Numbered from the stretch's first letter, positions 37,101-47,900 are shown. The stretch: DNA of 64,000 nucleotides from Candidatus Gottesmanbacteria bacterium UBA6580 (GCA_002433895.1 DJJA01000003.1:447745-511744), one strand, 5' to 3'. A program made the numbers and translations. Notes: generated by a model not told the origin, from the sequence alone.

Positions 37101-38698
37101 TGACCAAGATACCTGCAATTTTCAAACGCATATCTCCTTTTCTACCGGCGATAGTACTGTTTTGTATATTGCTCCTCGGGGCGTACTTACGGTTGTACAG
37201 AATTCCTGAATACATGACATTCCTGGGTGATGAAGGCAGGGATATGCTTGTTATTAAGCGGATGATTGTCGATCATAAATTTACCCTTTTGGGTCCAACT
37301 GCATCGGTCGGGGGATTTTTCTTAGGTCCTATCTATTACTACTTCATGTTGCCGTTCGTATGGATATCCGGTTTAAATCCTGCAGGTGCCGCGGTTATGG
37401 TGGCGCTATTCGGAGTTGCCACCATTTACATGGTGTATCGTTTAGGCCGCGATGTTTTTGGCGTAGGAGTAGGCCTCGTTGCCGCCGCTTTATATAGCCT
37501 TTCACCCGTTGTTATCGCATACTCACGTTCATCCTGGAATCCCAATTTGGTTCCGTTCTTTTCTACTGTCCTTATATGGCTCATGTGGCGGTCGGTCATC
37601 AAGAATGAGCGGAAATTATTGTTTTGGGTAGGGGTATGTCTCGGGGTTGGGTTACAGCTTCACTATCTTTTTCTTTTTCTGTTTCCCGTGGTCGGCTTAT
37701 GGTATTTACTGTATGGCAGAAGCAGTACCTGGATCAGGTATTACGCACTGGGGTTGGCGGGATTTATTGTAGGGTATGGGCCATTTTTGGCTTTTGAATT
37801 ACGGCATGGGTTTCCCAATACCATATCGATATACAATTTTTTGAGAGAAGGTGAAGGAACGGGCTTGGTTGTTGCGACATTTTGGAAAAATATAGCGGAT
37901 GTTTCGTACCGTTTATTTGGCCGTCTCGTATTCCGACTTCCTCCTCCCGAGCAGTATGTAAATATTTCTGCGATGGGTCAGGCGCTGTGGACAACCGGTA
38001 CCAAATTTGCACTCTACACATCAGTCGCGCTATTAGGAGCATTTATTATTTTCCCGCGTCGTTTCGTGCTGTATTTTAAAGAAAAAACGGCAGCATACCC
38101 GCAGTTCCGGCAGAGCGCTGTGCTATTTTTATTATGGCTTGCCGTGCCCGTATTCCTCTTCGGGTTATATAAAAAAGGAATTTATGACTATTATTTTGGA
38201 TTGTTTTTCGCGCTTCCATTTTTGCTGACGGCGCTTATTATAAAAAGCGCGAGCATGAACACATTAGGAAAAGTTTTCGCGACAATTGCCGTCACCGGTC
38301 TTATATATCTAAATTGGGAAGGACGTCCGTTTAAATTCGAACCCAATAACCAGCTTGCACAGGCAAAAATGATTGCTGCCGCAGCATACGAAAAAGCAGA
38401 GGGAAAGCCATACAATTTCGCGCTTATTACAGGCGGAAACTCAGATCATGCGTACCGGTATTTTTTTGAAATTTGGGGAAATCCGCCGGTCACGATAGAA
38501 AATACGGACATAGATCCGGAGCGTCGCAGTGTGACTGATCAGTTGATTATCATTTGTGAATCCGCTGAGTGTAAGCCGTTGGGGCACCCACTCTGGGAGA
38601 TAGCGGGATTTGGGAGAGCTGAGATTATTGGCGAATGGCATGTATCATTTGTTAAAATTATGAAGCTTGTTCATTACAAGGGGGATGACTCGTTATGA
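37100..38698 (+). CDS. GT-C glycosyltransferase, ArnT/PMT-like (GT39/GT83-type)
   Basis: First-loop DE motif (FLGDEGRD), many TM helices, and a soluble C-terminal domain. Confidence 0.75.
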   Translation: MTKIPAIFKRISPFLPAIVLFCILLLGAYLRLYRIPEYMTFLGDEGRDMLVIKRMIVDHKFTLLGPTASVGGFFLGPIYYYFMLPFVWISGLNPAGAAVMVALFGVATIYMVYRLGRDVFGVGVGLVAAALYSLSPVVIAYSRSSWNPNLVPFFSTVLIWLMWRSVIKNERKLLFWVGVCLGVGLQLHYLFLFLFPVVGLWYLLYGRSSTWIRYYALGLAGFIVGYGPFLAFELRHGFPNTISIYNFLREGEGTGLVVATFWKNIADVSYRLFGRLVFRLPPPEQYVNISAMGQALWTTGTKFALYTSVALLGAFIIFPRRFVLYFKEKTAAYPQFRQSAVLFLLWLAVPVFLFGLYKKGIYDYYFGLFFALPFLLTALIIKSASMNTLGKVFATIAVTGLIYLNWEGRPFKFEPNNQLAQAKMIAAAAYEKAEGKPYNFALITGGNSDHAYRYFFEIWGNPPVTIENTDIDPERRSVTDQLIIICESAECKPLGHPLWEIAGFGRAEIIGEWHVSFVKIMKLVHYKGDDSL

Positions 38699-39447
38699 CC
38701 AAACCATTTCTTTCCATTGTGATACCTTCCTATAATGAAGAGACGAATATCCGTCTGGGCGCACTCGATAAAGTATCACGGTATTTGGAGCGCCAGTCAT
38801 ACGCATGGGAAGTGATTGTCGTCGACGACGGTTCCCGTGACAACTCACCGAGAATACTTGATAATTTTGTCAAAGCGAACAAAGGATTTCGTGTGATGCA
38901 CGAACCCCATCGTGGAAAGGCGGCAACTGTTATTGCCGGAGTGACTGAGGCACAAGGCGCGCTTGTCGTATTTACGGATTTGGATCAGGCGACTCCTATC
39001 TCGCAACTGGAAAAAATCCTTCCCTGGTTTGACCGGGGGTTTGATGTGGTGATAGGAAGCCGTAATAGAAGACGGGAGGGGGCTCCGATTTCGCGGGTTC
39101 TGATGGCGAGGGGATTTATGATACTGCGGAGTGTGTTGTTGGGTCTCCGGGGCATAACCGATACACAATGTGGATTTAAGGGGTTCCGGCGGTCTGCCGC
39201 ACGTGAGATCTTTTCAAAATTAGAGCTGTACGGGCATAATCACCAGGTAAATGGCCCGATGGTGACCGCAGGATTTGATATTGAGTCGTTGTTTTTGGCG
39301 AAAAAATTGGGATACAAAATAAAAGAAGTGCCGGTGGAGTGGCATTACGTAGAAACCCGCAGAGTAAATCCCATAAAAGATTCCTGGCAGGGACTGATGG
39401 ATATGTTACGGATCCGCCTCAATGCGTGGCAGGGAAAATACCGATAA
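38695..39447 (+). CDS. GT2 family glycosyltransferase
   Basis: SIVIPSYNEE, VVDDGSRDNS, and a DxD-like DLDQ motif. Confidence 0.85.
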   Translation: MTKPFLSIVIPSYNEETNIRLGALDKVSRYLERQSYAWEVIVVDDGSRDNSPRILDNFVKANKGFRVMHEPHRGKAATVIAGVTEAQGALVVFTDLDQATPISQLEKILPWFDRGFDVVIGSRNRRREGAPISRVLMARGFMILRSVLLGLRGITDTQCGFKGFRRSAAREIFSKLELYGHNHQVNGPMVTAGFDIESLFLAKKLGYKIKEVPVEWHYVETRRVNPIKDSWQGLMDMLRIRLNAWQGKYR

Positions 39448-39479
39448 CGGGAGCGTGCCCCCGGTAAAGATATATCGAC

Positions 39480-40631
39480 ATGATAATGCGTAAAGAGAAA
39501 CATAATTTTCTGTTTTTTAGTTTTATTGCCGCGTCTGTAGCATTGGTACTGTTTAGCTATACACAGGTTGACTTAAATCTCACTCTCTCGAGAGTGGGAG
39601 TATGGCAGAGCATCCAGAAGTCTTTCCAATATATCGGGTTTTACCAACGTCCACTCGCTACCCTCATATACGCCGGCATTATTGTATCGATGTATGCGGT
39701 GTACCTGCTATTGCTTCGGTATATACAGCAGGGAAAAGCGGGCATTGGGTTAGTCCGAAAAATAGTTATGGCAGTTACTGTCATTACTGTATTTTCGTAT
39801 CCCGCCGCTTTTTCTTATGATTTTTTTAACTATTTATTTACGGCAAAAACCGTGTTGGTATATCACCAGAATCCCTACGCAGTGACGCCGTTACAGTTTA
39901 GCGGCATCGATCCGTGGACAAATTTTATGCGCTGGACACATTTATCCAGTGCGTATACTCCCTTTTGGATACTGATAAGTCTTGTTCCTTATATTATCGG
40001 ATTGGGGTATTTTATCCTTGTGTTGTTTGCGACGAAATTCATGATCGCGGGCTTTTATCTTCTCGCTTGTTGGGCGCTTAGTAAGGCATTATTGGCAGGT
40101 AATCCAAAGCAGCGCGCGTACGGCGTCGCATTATTTTCACTTAACCCACTTATCCTCATAGAATCGCTGGTAAGCGGACACAATGATATTGTACTGGTGG
40201 CCTTTGCCATGCTGTCCGTTATCGCGTATGTCAAAAAAGACATGTTACGGTCATGGATTTACCTGTCATTTTCAATTGCCGCGAAATTTATGACCATATT
40301 TCTCGTTCCCGTGTATGTATTCAAAAAAGGAAGCGTATGGATGTTGGCTGCCATGGCGGTAGGGTTATCCCTCGTGTTGCTGCGGCGGGAATTTTTACCA
40401 TGGTATTGGGTGTGGTTGCTGCCATTTGTGGCACTGAACGCGGAAAAAGAAAAAATAGTGAGGATGGCTGTGGTGATTTCGGCCGGGCTGGTGACAAGTT
40501 ATGCCGCGTATATATATTTCGGTGAGTATTCCGCAGTTATGCAGACATGGAAAACCGGGATTATATGGACGGGTGTAGGCGTGGGATTTATGACCGCGTT
40601 ACTGCCACTTACAAAGAGACGGAATGTCTGA
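39480..40631 (+). CDS. polytopic membrane protein, possible GT-C-type glycosyltransferase (DUF2029/GT87-like)
   Basis: About 11 TM helices with little soluble domain. Located inside the glycosylation island. Confidence 0.5.
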   Translation: MIMRKEKHNFLFFSFIAASVALVLFSYTQVDLNLTLSRVGVWQSIQKSFQYIGFYQRPLATLIYAGIIVSMYAVYLLLLRYIQQGKAGIGLVRKIVMAVTVITVFSYPAAFSYDFFNYLFTAKTVLVYHQNPYAVTPLQFSGIDPWTNFMRWTHLSSAYTPFWILISLVPYIIGLGYFILVLFATKFMIAGFYLLACWALSKALLAGNPKQRAYGVALFSLNPLILIESLVSGHNDIVLVAFAMLSVIAYVKKDMLRSWIYLSFSIAAKFMTIFLVPVYVFKKGSVWMLAAMAVGLSLVLLRREFLPWYWVWLLPFVALNAEKEKIVRMAVVISAGLVTSYAAYIYFGEYSAVMQTWKTGIIWTGVGVGFMTALLPLTKRRNV

Positions 40632-40938
40632 ATATCCCCAGTACAATAAATCCCTGTACAGCGATAAGCGCTGCATTGACCGTAATGATTGGCTTTTCCC
40701 TGTGAAGCAGTCCATAACAAAGCCAAAAGCAGGAGCCGAGAAAAAACCCGATCCACGATACAAGTGAGACACCCGAAACATCCCGAGATGTCCAGACAGT
40801 GATAAGCTGGGGAACATTTACTGCTACCGTAACAGCACCCATAAGATACGCGGATCTATCAAAAAGTTGTAATAACGTGGATTTTGCCCGGTTTTTGTGC
40901 GCATGCCTATGTATGGCGTGGTGCATTCCTGTTTGCAT
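40609..40938 (-). CDS. SemiSWEET-like PQ-loop (MtN3/saliva) small sugar transporter
   Basis: 3-TM protein with a PQ motif (NVPQLITVWTSRDVSGVSLVSW) and the WLCYG ... IITVNAALIAVQGFIV pattern. Only minus-strand gene in the ~39-kb + array. The true start may be an internal Met. Confidence 0.6.
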   Translation of the reverse strand: MQTGMHHAIHRHAHKNRAKSTLLQLFDRSAYLMGAVTVAVNVPQLITVWTSRDVSGVSLVSWIGFFLGSCFWLCYGLLHREKPIITVNAALIAVQGFIVLGIFRHSVSL

Positions 40939-40985
40939 AGCTCAGACCAGTGTAGCATATGGTTCTCCTGCCTACAGCGTTCGGC

Positions 40986-41015
40986 TTCACTGTTTTGCCG
41001 TGAGTAGGATATAAT
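40986..41015 (+). promoter_or_regulatory. candidate promoter TTCACT-18-TATAAT, 9 nt upstream of the 41025 ATG (near-leaderless)
   Basis: Sequence reading only. Confidence 0.3.
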
Positions 41016-41024
41016 TGGATAGGT

Positions 41025-42551
41025 ATGCGCTTCTTGTCTAAACAATGGCTCTGGATCGTTTTTGGATTAGGGCTACTCCTTATCCTGTACGCCGTATTAC
41101 GGCTCACAAACCTTACCGGTTTACCCATATTTACCGATGAGGCGATATATATACGGTGGTCTCAGATAGGGTATAGGGATGCTGCGTGGCGGTTTATATC
41201 GCTAACCGACGGCAAACAGCCGATGTTTACCTGGATAATGATGGGGCTTTTCAAGTTGTTTGAGGGGGCGGACCCGCTTTTTGTCGGCAGGTTAACCTCA
41301 GTAGTCGCGGGCGCTGGTACCCTTATAGGGTTATGGGTGTTATCATATGAGCTTTTCCGTGATAAACGGATAGCATGGCTTTCGAGCTTCATCTATGTCG
41401 TGTTGCCGTTTAGTATGTGGTATGACCGTATGGCGCTGTACGATTCCCTGGCTGCGACGTTTTTTGTCTGGGGTCTGTATGTCGGTGTACTGCTTGCGCG
41501 GTACGTGCGTCTGGATTTGGCGCTCATATTGGCAATGGTCTTGTCGGCAGGAATGCTCAATAAAAGCTCAGGCTTTTTGACGCTTTATTTTATCCCGGTT
41601 ACGTTGCTGGTTTTTGACTGGCAGGCAAAACATTGGGTAAAGCGGTTGGGGCGGTGGATACTTTTTGTCCTAATTGCCGCCGTGCTTTCACAGCTCTTTT
41701 ATAGCGTCCTCCGGCTGTCGCCCTTTTTTCATCTTATCGGCCAGAAAGATAACGTATTTGTGTTTACATTTTCTGAGTGGCTTAGCCAGCCATTCCGGTT
41801 TTTTGCGGGGAACCTGCGTGGCATGTTCGATTGGTTGCGTGTCTATATGACGCTCCCAATGTTTATTTTGGCGTTTGTCCCTCTGTTTGCCAGATGGCCG
41901 AAATTCCGCGAGAGCCTACTGCTGTATTTTTTCTGGGGTTTGCCCTTTGTGGCACTCGCGAATTTTGGAAAAATTCTTTACCCGCGGTACATTTTATTTA
42001 TGGCTATGCCGCTCATCATCATAGCGGCACACGCGTTTGTACGTTTATGGGAACGTAACCACACACTGTTTCGTCGGCTAGTACTGGCGGGTTTGGTATT
42101 TATACCGAGTGTGTATATATCGGGTGTTATTATGATGAACCCGAAGGAAGCACTCATCCCGCTTGCCGACCGGGGGCAGTTTATTGATGATTGGCCGGCA
42201 GGCGGAGGCGTGAAAGAGGTGGTTTCCTATCTCAACGCGGCAGCAAAACAGCAAAAAATACATGTGTTTACCGAAGGAACATTTGGACTTATGCCCTACG
42301 CCCTCGAAATATATCTTATTGATAATCCGGATATAAAAATTACCGGTATTTGGCCGCTTCCTGTCGCGATGCCTGACCAGATAGTGCAGTCTGCATCGGT
42401 GAGCGCAACATATTTTGTGCTCAACGAGACGCAGATAGCACCGGAGAAATGGCCAATTACCCTCATCGGGGAATATGAAAAAGGGAAGAGGGCAGACCGC
42501 AAGAAACTCCGTTTTTTTAGGGTAGGACAGTCTTCATCGACCTTACCATGA
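41025..42551 (+). CDS. GT-C glycosyltransferase, ArnT/PMT-like
   Basis: PIFTDEAIY first-loop motif and about 12 TM helices. Paralogous to 37100 and to the minus-strand genes at 61715 and 63390. Confidence 0.75.
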   Translation: MRFLSKQWLWIVFGLGLLLILYAVLRLTNLTGLPIFTDEAIYIRWSQIGYRDAAWRFISLTDGKQPMFTWIMMGLFKLFEGADPLFVGRLTSVVAGAGTLIGLWVLSYELFRDKRIAWLSSFIYVVLPFSMWYDRMALYDSLAATFFVWGLYVGVLLARYVRLDLALILAMVLSAGMLNKSSGFLTLYFIPVTLLVFDWQAKHWVKRLGRWILFVLIAAVLSQLFYSVLRLSPFFHLIGQKDNVFVFTFSEWLSQPFRFFAGNLRGMFDWLRVYMTLPMFILAFVPLFARWPKFRESLLLYFFWGLPFVALANFGKILYPRYILFMAMPLIIIAAHAFVRLWERNHTLFRRLVLAGLVFIPSVYISGVIMMNPKEALIPLADRGQFIDDWPAGGGVKEVVSYLNAAAKQQKIHVFTEGTFGLMPYALEIYLIDNPDIKITGIWPLPVAMPDQIVQSASVSATYFVLNETQIAPEKWPITLIGEYEKGKRADRKKLRFFRVGQSSSTLP

Positions 42552-44080
42552 CGAAAAAAAAATCTCCGTTTCCGTGGATAGCGGGCATTCTTCTAATGCT
42601 TTCATTGGGGTTGGTGTTGTGGCCGTTTTTCCGGCCGGGTTTTTTCATTACCGATGACGGCGAGTGGATGGTGATACGCCTGTCGGCATTTTATCAAAGT
42701 TTGGCATCCGGACAGTTTCCCGTGCGATTCTTAGGCAGGCTGAATAATAGCTATGGCTATCCGGTGGCAAATTTTCTTTACCCTGGTTTTCTCTATATAG
42801 GATCGGTTTTGCATGTTATCGGCATTTCTTTTGTCGACGCGGTGAAAGTTATATTAGGTGTTTCGGTGGCGGGAGGGGCAGCAGCGACATTTATGACGCT
42901 CCGGTCACGTTTCAAAATGGTACCCAGCATATTGGGAACAATGAGTTTTATTTTTTCACCATACTTACTCTACGATGTGTACCGGAGGGGTTCGGTCGGA
43001 GAATTGCTGGGTATTTTCGCCGCGGCGATCGCGCTACTTGCGCTTTCGAAAGGGTGGGTGTGGCTGATGGCTCCCAGTATCGCTTTTCTAATTGTCAGCC
43101 ATAACACTGTGGCATTGATTGCTGGTCTTGGTATAGCCGTGCTCATTTTCCTGCATCAGAAAAGATTAGCCATGATAATAAGCGCTGCATGGGGGGTCGG
43201 GATGGCGGCGTTTTTTTGGCTACCCGCTTTACTCGAAAAGCGCTTTGTACGGTTTGACGCGACGATTGTGTCAAATCCATCGTTTTATTTCGTGAACGTT
43301 GAAAACGCTGCGTTATTGGGCGCAGGAGTTATTGTAGCGTTGGCGGTTATATTAGGGCTCCGTAAAAAACTGGCTGGCCAGGACAAAATTATAACTATAC
43401 TGGCGGTAACGGGTATTGTATTGAGCGTTGCCATAAGTGCGCCGCTTTGGAGCATGCCGCTATTGGGTAAACTTGTGCAGTTTCCTTACCGGTTTTTGGT
43501 ACTTACCGTTCTTTTTGGCCCATGGGTGGTCGCGCTCGCGGTTGAACATGTACGCGGATGGCAGCAAAAACTCCTCGGCGTTATTCTATTGGTAATATTT
43601 TCGCACGGGCTTATCATGCAGCTCGGAGATGTCCGTTTTGTAGAACGGCCAGAAGGGTATTACACCACAAATGAGGCGACAACGAATGTCGCAAATGAAT
43701 ACATGCCGCTGTGGGTAACTGATATTCCGCTGTCGAGACCCGTCGAAACGCTGGAGGTTATAGAAGGCGATGTTAAAATTCTTCACCGTACATTTTTGGG
43801 GGAATATATGAAAGTCGATATAGATGCGAAAAAGGACAGTGTCGTACAAATAAATAAAATCTATTATCCAGGATGGGGTATTACATTAGATAATAAACTG
43901 ATGCGGATTAATTACCAGAATCCATTGGGAGTGATGCGGGTTGAGGTTCCCGCAGGAGTCCATACGTTAGTCGCGACATTCCGTGAGACCCCTATGCGGT
44001 TATTTTCGGATATTGTGAGTCTTGTGTGTGTTATCGGGTATCTCATATTTGTGAAACGGCTGAAACCACGTGTCACATGA
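42548..44080 (+). CDS. large polytopic membrane protein (PTPS-related/YfhO-like superfamily), paralog A
   Basis: N-terminal motif FITDDGEW ... GQFPVRF ... GYPVANFLYP, shared with the next gene. Confidence 0.6.
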   Translation: MTKKKSPFPWIAGILLMLSLGLVLWPFFRPGFFITDDGEWMVIRLSAFYQSLASGQFPVRFLGRLNNSYGYPVANFLYPGFLYIGSVLHVIGISFVDAVKVILGVSVAGGAAATFMTLRSRFKMVPSILGTMSFIFSPYLLYDVYRRGSVGELLGIFAAAIALLALSKGWVWLMAPSIAFLIVSHNTVALIAGLGIAVLIFLHQKRLAMIISAAWGVGMAAFFWLPALLEKRFVRFDATIVSNPSFYFVNVENAALLGAGVIVALAVILGLRKKLAGQDKIITILAVTGIVLSVAISAPLWSMPLLGKLVQFPYRFLVLTVLFGPWVVALAVEHVRGWQQKLLGVILLVIFSHGLIMQLGDVRFVERPEGYYTTNEATTNVANEYMPLWVTDIPLSRPVETLEVIEGDVKILHRTFLGEYMKVDIDAKKDSVVQINKIYYPGWGITLDNKLMRINYQNPLGVMRVEVPAGVHTLVATFRETPMRLFSDIVSLVCVIGYLIFVKRLKPRVT

Positions 44081-45741
44081 AGAAATTATTGCCATTATTT
44101 TTCGTTATATGTCTTAGCCTGCTCACGATCCGCGGACTGTGGACAGACGGATACTTCCCCATGCATGACGATACCCAGGTGTCCAGGGTGATTGTGATGG
44201 GAAGAGCATTGAAAGAGGGGCAGTTTCCCGTGCGTTGGGTGTCTGATTTAGGGTATGGGTATGGATACCCGATTTATAATTTTTACGGGCCATTACCTTA
44301 TTATGCTGGTGGTGCCCTCTACGCGCTCGGTGTCCCCGCGCTGCTTGCCACAAAAATCATGTTTTCGGTCGGGATAATCCTGCCAGCGGTTTTATTGTAT
44401 ATAGTGCTTGCGTCGGGTGTGGGCTGGCAAACGGCGCTACTGGGTTCACTTCTGTATGTCTTTGCGCCCTATCATGCGGTACAGATTTACGTCCGTGGGG
44501 CGGTGGGTGAATACTGGATTCTTATGTTTTGGCCGCTTATTGTATATGGATTTTGGGGATTGTCGCACGCGCGTCAACGGTTTAGCCGGATAGCGATCGG
44601 AGCCATCGGGATGAGCGGGGCGGTTTTGTCCCATACGTTGCTGGGTTATGTCACTGTCCTTTTTTGTGTGGCGGGGGCCGCCGCGTATTGGGGGTACAGT
44701 ATAGTAGCAAAAAAATTTGACCGCGCAGTTGCGTTCGGGACGTTAGCGCTGATAGTCCTGGGACTGGGTCTTTCTTCATTTTTTTGGGCGCCAGCTGCTT
44801 TGGAAATGGGCTATACGAGTGTCGCAGGCCAGGTGAGTGCCACTGCGGACTACCGTGATCATTTTGTGTGTGTGGGGCAGTTATGGAGTTCGTTATGGGG
44901 TTTTGGAGGGTCAGTTCCTGGCTGCCTTGACGGCATGTCGTTTGTTTTGGGGAAGCTGCATGTGGCATTGGCTGTCGCGGGACTTGCCGTGTGGTTTACC
45001 GGGCGCCGGGAAAAAGGAAAACATGTTGTACTGACGGGCCTCGTGCTTGCGGCTGTGAGCGTATTTTTTATGACTCAATACGCTCAATTTGCATGGGCAA
45101 CCTTGCCGGGTTTTGCCTTTTTACAGTATCCTTGGCGGTTTTTAGCGGTAGCCGCGTTTGGATTATCACTCTTGGGAAGTCTGACTGTCGAGGGTATTAA
45201 AAAACCCGTCATAAAAGCCGTATGCACGACGTTGTTCGTGTTGTTGCTGGTGTTAGGTAATAGTAAATGGTTCACGCCTCAATATACGTATGAAAAAGAC
45301 ACCAGCACGTTTGAAACAGCGTCGGATTTGCGGTGGCGAGCATCAAGAATATCTGACGAATATTTGCCTCCCGGTATAATCCGTCCGACAGAGGAATCAC
45401 AGGTTATTTTTGATACAATAAGGAAACGGGACGGTCTGGCTGTCACCGGTATTACGGATACGGCGACACACATGCGTATGGCTGTAGAAACAACACAGTC
45501 AGCGTCGATTGTCCTCAATGCTGCGTATTTCCCGGGATGGCAGTATACAGTGAATAACCGGGAGGTACAGCCGGAGGTGCAAAACGGTTTACCGGTTATT
45601 CAGATAGCAGCAGGCGTATCTGTTATTGACGCGCGTTTTACGGACACACCCGTAAGAACGGTTGCCAATATAGTGTCAATGATTACATTATTGATCGTAG
45701 GAGGGATGTATTATGACGGAAAAAGAAAAACCAAGCGTTAA
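44077..45741 (+). CDS. large polytopic membrane protein, paralog B of 42548
   Basis: PMHDDTQ ... GQFPVRW ... GYGYPIYNFYGP. Start ATG at 44077 overlaps the upstream stop as ATGA. Confidence 0.6.
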   Translation: MKKLLPLFFVICLSLLTIRGLWTDGYFPMHDDTQVSRVIVMGRALKEGQFPVRWVSDLGYGYGYPIYNFYGPLPYYAGGALYALGVPALLATKIMFSVGIILPAVLLYIVLASGVGWQTALLGSLLYVFAPYHAVQIYVRGAVGEYWILMFWPLIVYGFWGLSHARQRFSRIAIGAIGMSGAVLSHTLLGYVTVLFCVAGAAAYWGYSIVAKKFDRAVAFGTLALIVLGLGLSSFFWAPAALEMGYTSVAGQVSATADYRDHFVCVGQLWSSLWGFGGSVPGCLDGMSFVLGKLHVALAVAGLAVWFTGRREKGKHVVLTGLVLAAVSVFFMTQYAQFAWATLPGFAFLQYPWRFLAVAAFGLSLLGSLTVEGIKKPVIKAVCTTLFVLLLVLGNSKWFTPQYTYEKDTSTFETASDLRWRASRISDEYLPPGIIRPTEESQVIFDTIRKRDGLAVTGITDTATHMRMAVETTQSASIVLNAAYFPGWQYTVNNREVQPEVQNGLPVIQIAAGVSVIDARFTDTPVRTVANIVSMITLLIVGGMYYDGKRKTKR

Positions 45742-46462
45742 TATCGTATTACCGGTATACAACGAAGAAGTAGAGCTTGCGGCGAGTGTGACGACGCTTT
45801 CGCGTTTTTTACGTAAACAGCTCGAGGATTTCTCGTGGCACATCACCATCGCGGATAATGCCAGCACAGATAAAACGCTTGCAATAGCCCGTTCATTGAG
45901 CCATAAATACTCCTTTGTGTCTGTCGATCACCTGTCGAGGAAGGGGAGAGGAAGAGCAGTAAAGCATGTATGGCGCAAGGGAGAATATGACTATCTCGCG
46001 TACATGGATATTGACTTATCGACTGATTTACGTCATCTGCCTCAGCTTCTGCGTTCGCTCGAGCGTGGATACGATATCGCGATCGGTAGTCGGAATGCGC
46101 GGGGGGCACGGGTGTATGGAAGGGGTCTGCTCCGGTCTCTTACGTCAAAAGGATACATTATCCTCATTAAATTTATATTTTGGGTAGGTTTTACGGATGC
46201 GCAGTGCGGATTTAAGGCAGTAAATAGGAAAGTAATTACCAATCTGTTACCGCACATTAAGGATAACGAATGGTTTTTCGACAGCGAATTGTTGATCGTC
46301 GGCGAAAAAAGCGGATACCGGATTTATGAAGAGCCGGTGACATGGATTGATAACCCCGGATCTACCGTGCGGGTTATGAAAACCGCTATCGGAGATCTCA
46401 AAGGATTGCTCCGGTTGTTCTTGGGCAGGCCATGGAGAAAGTTACAATATGGCAGAAATTGA
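45713..46462 (+). CDS. GT2 family glycosyltransferase
   Basis: NIVLPVYNEE, IADNASTD, and a DIDLSTD DxD motif. Confidence 0.85.
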   Translation: MTEKEKPSVNIVLPVYNEEVELAASVTTLSRFLRKQLEDFSWHITIADNASTDKTLAIARSLSHKYSFVSVDHLSRKGRGRAVKHVWRKGEYDYLAYMDIDLSTDLRHLPQLLRSLERGYDIAIGSRNARGARVYGRGLLRSLTSKGYIILIKFIFWVGFTDAQCGFKAVNRKVITNLLPHIKDNEWFFDSELLIVGEKSGYRIYEEPVTWIDNPGSTVRVMKTAIGDLKGLLRLFLGRPWRKLQYGRN

Positions 46463-47900
46463 TATAGAGCTTATTAAGCGGCGTTCTGTCGTCGGGGTGG
46501 TTGCGCTGACTGCACGCACATTCCTGTTACAGATAATTGCCTTTGGTGCCACGTTTTTACTTACGCTCTTTTTATCACCGGAAACGTTCGGCGTATTTTA
46601 TGTTGTATCGGCCATTATTTCTTTTTTGGCGTATTTTTCGGATATTGGTCTGGCAGCAGCATTAGTACAAAAAAAAGAAGAAGTAACGCGTGAAGACTTG
46701 GGGACAACTTTTGTTATTCAACAGGTATTAGTAATTACCCTGGTGACCGTCTCGCTTGTGTTGTCCGGACGGATTGCCTCGTTTTACCGCCTGGATGAGA
46801 TGGGCGTTTGGTTATTTAGGGCGCTGGCGGTATCCTTTTTCTTTTCATCGTTAAAAACAATTCCGTCAGTGCTTCTCGAACGGCGGTTGGCGTTTGACCG
46901 GCTTGTGATTCCTCATATTATCGAAACTGTCGGATTTTATGGCGTGGCGGTGTATCTTGCGTGGCAGGGACACGGTATCGCGAGTTTTACGTGGGCAGTA
47001 ATGGTGCGTGGACTATTGGGACTTATTGCCATGTATATTGTTGAGCCGTGGTTACCCGTTTTAGTCATCAATAAACAAAGCGCCAGGAGGCTTATGCGTT
47101 TTGGTTTGCCGTTCCAGTTAAATTCTTTTCTTGCACTCCTTAAGGATGATTTGCTTACCGTGTTTTTGGGAAGAGTGCTTCCTTTTGCTGAAGTGGGTTA
47201 TATCGGATGGGCAAAAAAATGGGCGGAGGTTCCACTCCGGCTTATTATGGACTCAGTAATTAGAGTAACGTTCCCGACTTTCTCACGGTTGCAGCATGAC
47301 AGACAATTGCTCCAAAAAGCGATAGACAAAACGCTATTCGGGTTGTCTATGGCAATCCTGCCTATTTCCGCAGGGCTTCTTTTCTTTGTTCATCCCATGG
47401 TGGAACTTATTCCAAAGTACGGGAAATGGGAGCCTGCGCTTGTATCATTTTACCTTTTTGTATTTTCTTCAGCGTTTGCGGCGTTATCTACCCCACTCAT
47501 GAACGCGCTCAACGCGATGGGAAAAATTCGTACGACGCTCAAATTTATGGTTGGCTGGACGGTGAGTACATGGTTTTTTACCGTGCTATTTATTAGTTTG
47601 TTTGGATTTAACGGCGTCGCGGTATCGCTATTTGTCGTGTCGACATCAGTTTATTTTGTTGTACGCGTGACGAAGACAATTGCGGATTTTTCGTTTATTG
47701 CAAATGTCCGGGGTCCGGTTATTTCAGCAGTCGTACAGGGTGGAGCGTATGCACTTATGTTAAGCGTGGTACCCCATACCTTTATGTGGCTTTTTGTATC
47801 AGGCGTTTTGGGAGTTATACTGTATGGGAGCATGCTGTACGCGATTGAAACCAGTCGGATAAAAGCATTTATAGGAACTATCAGGAGGAGCACCACATGA
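46449..47900 (+). CDS. wzx: Wzx-like oligosaccharide flippase (MOP superfamily polysaccharide biosynthesis protein)
   Basis: About 12-14 TM helices and an N-terminal pattern typical of PF01943 flippases. Confidence 0.75.
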   Translation: MAEIDIELIKRRSVVGVVALTARTFLLQIIAFGATFLLTLFLSPETFGVFYVVSAIISFLAYFSDIGLAAALVQKKEEVTREDLGTTFVIQQVLVITLVTVSLVLSGRIASFYRLDEMGVWLFRALAVSFFFSSLKTIPSVLLERRLAFDRLVIPHIIETVGFYGVAVYLAWQGHGIASFTWAVMVRGLLGLIAMYIVEPWLPVLVINKQSARRLMRFGLPFQLNSFLALLKDDLLTVFLGRVLPFAEVGYIGWAKKWAEVPLRLIMDSVIRVTFPTFSRLQHDRQLLQKAIDKTLFGLSMAILPISAGLLFFVHPMVELIPKYGKWEPALVSFYLFVFSSAFAALSTPLMNALNAMGKIRTTLKFMVGWTVSTWFFTVLFISLFGFNGVAVSLFVVSTSVYFVVRVTKTIADFSFIANVRGPVISAVVQGGAYALMLSVVPHTFMWLFVSGVLGVILYGSMLYAIETSRIKAFIGTIRRSTT

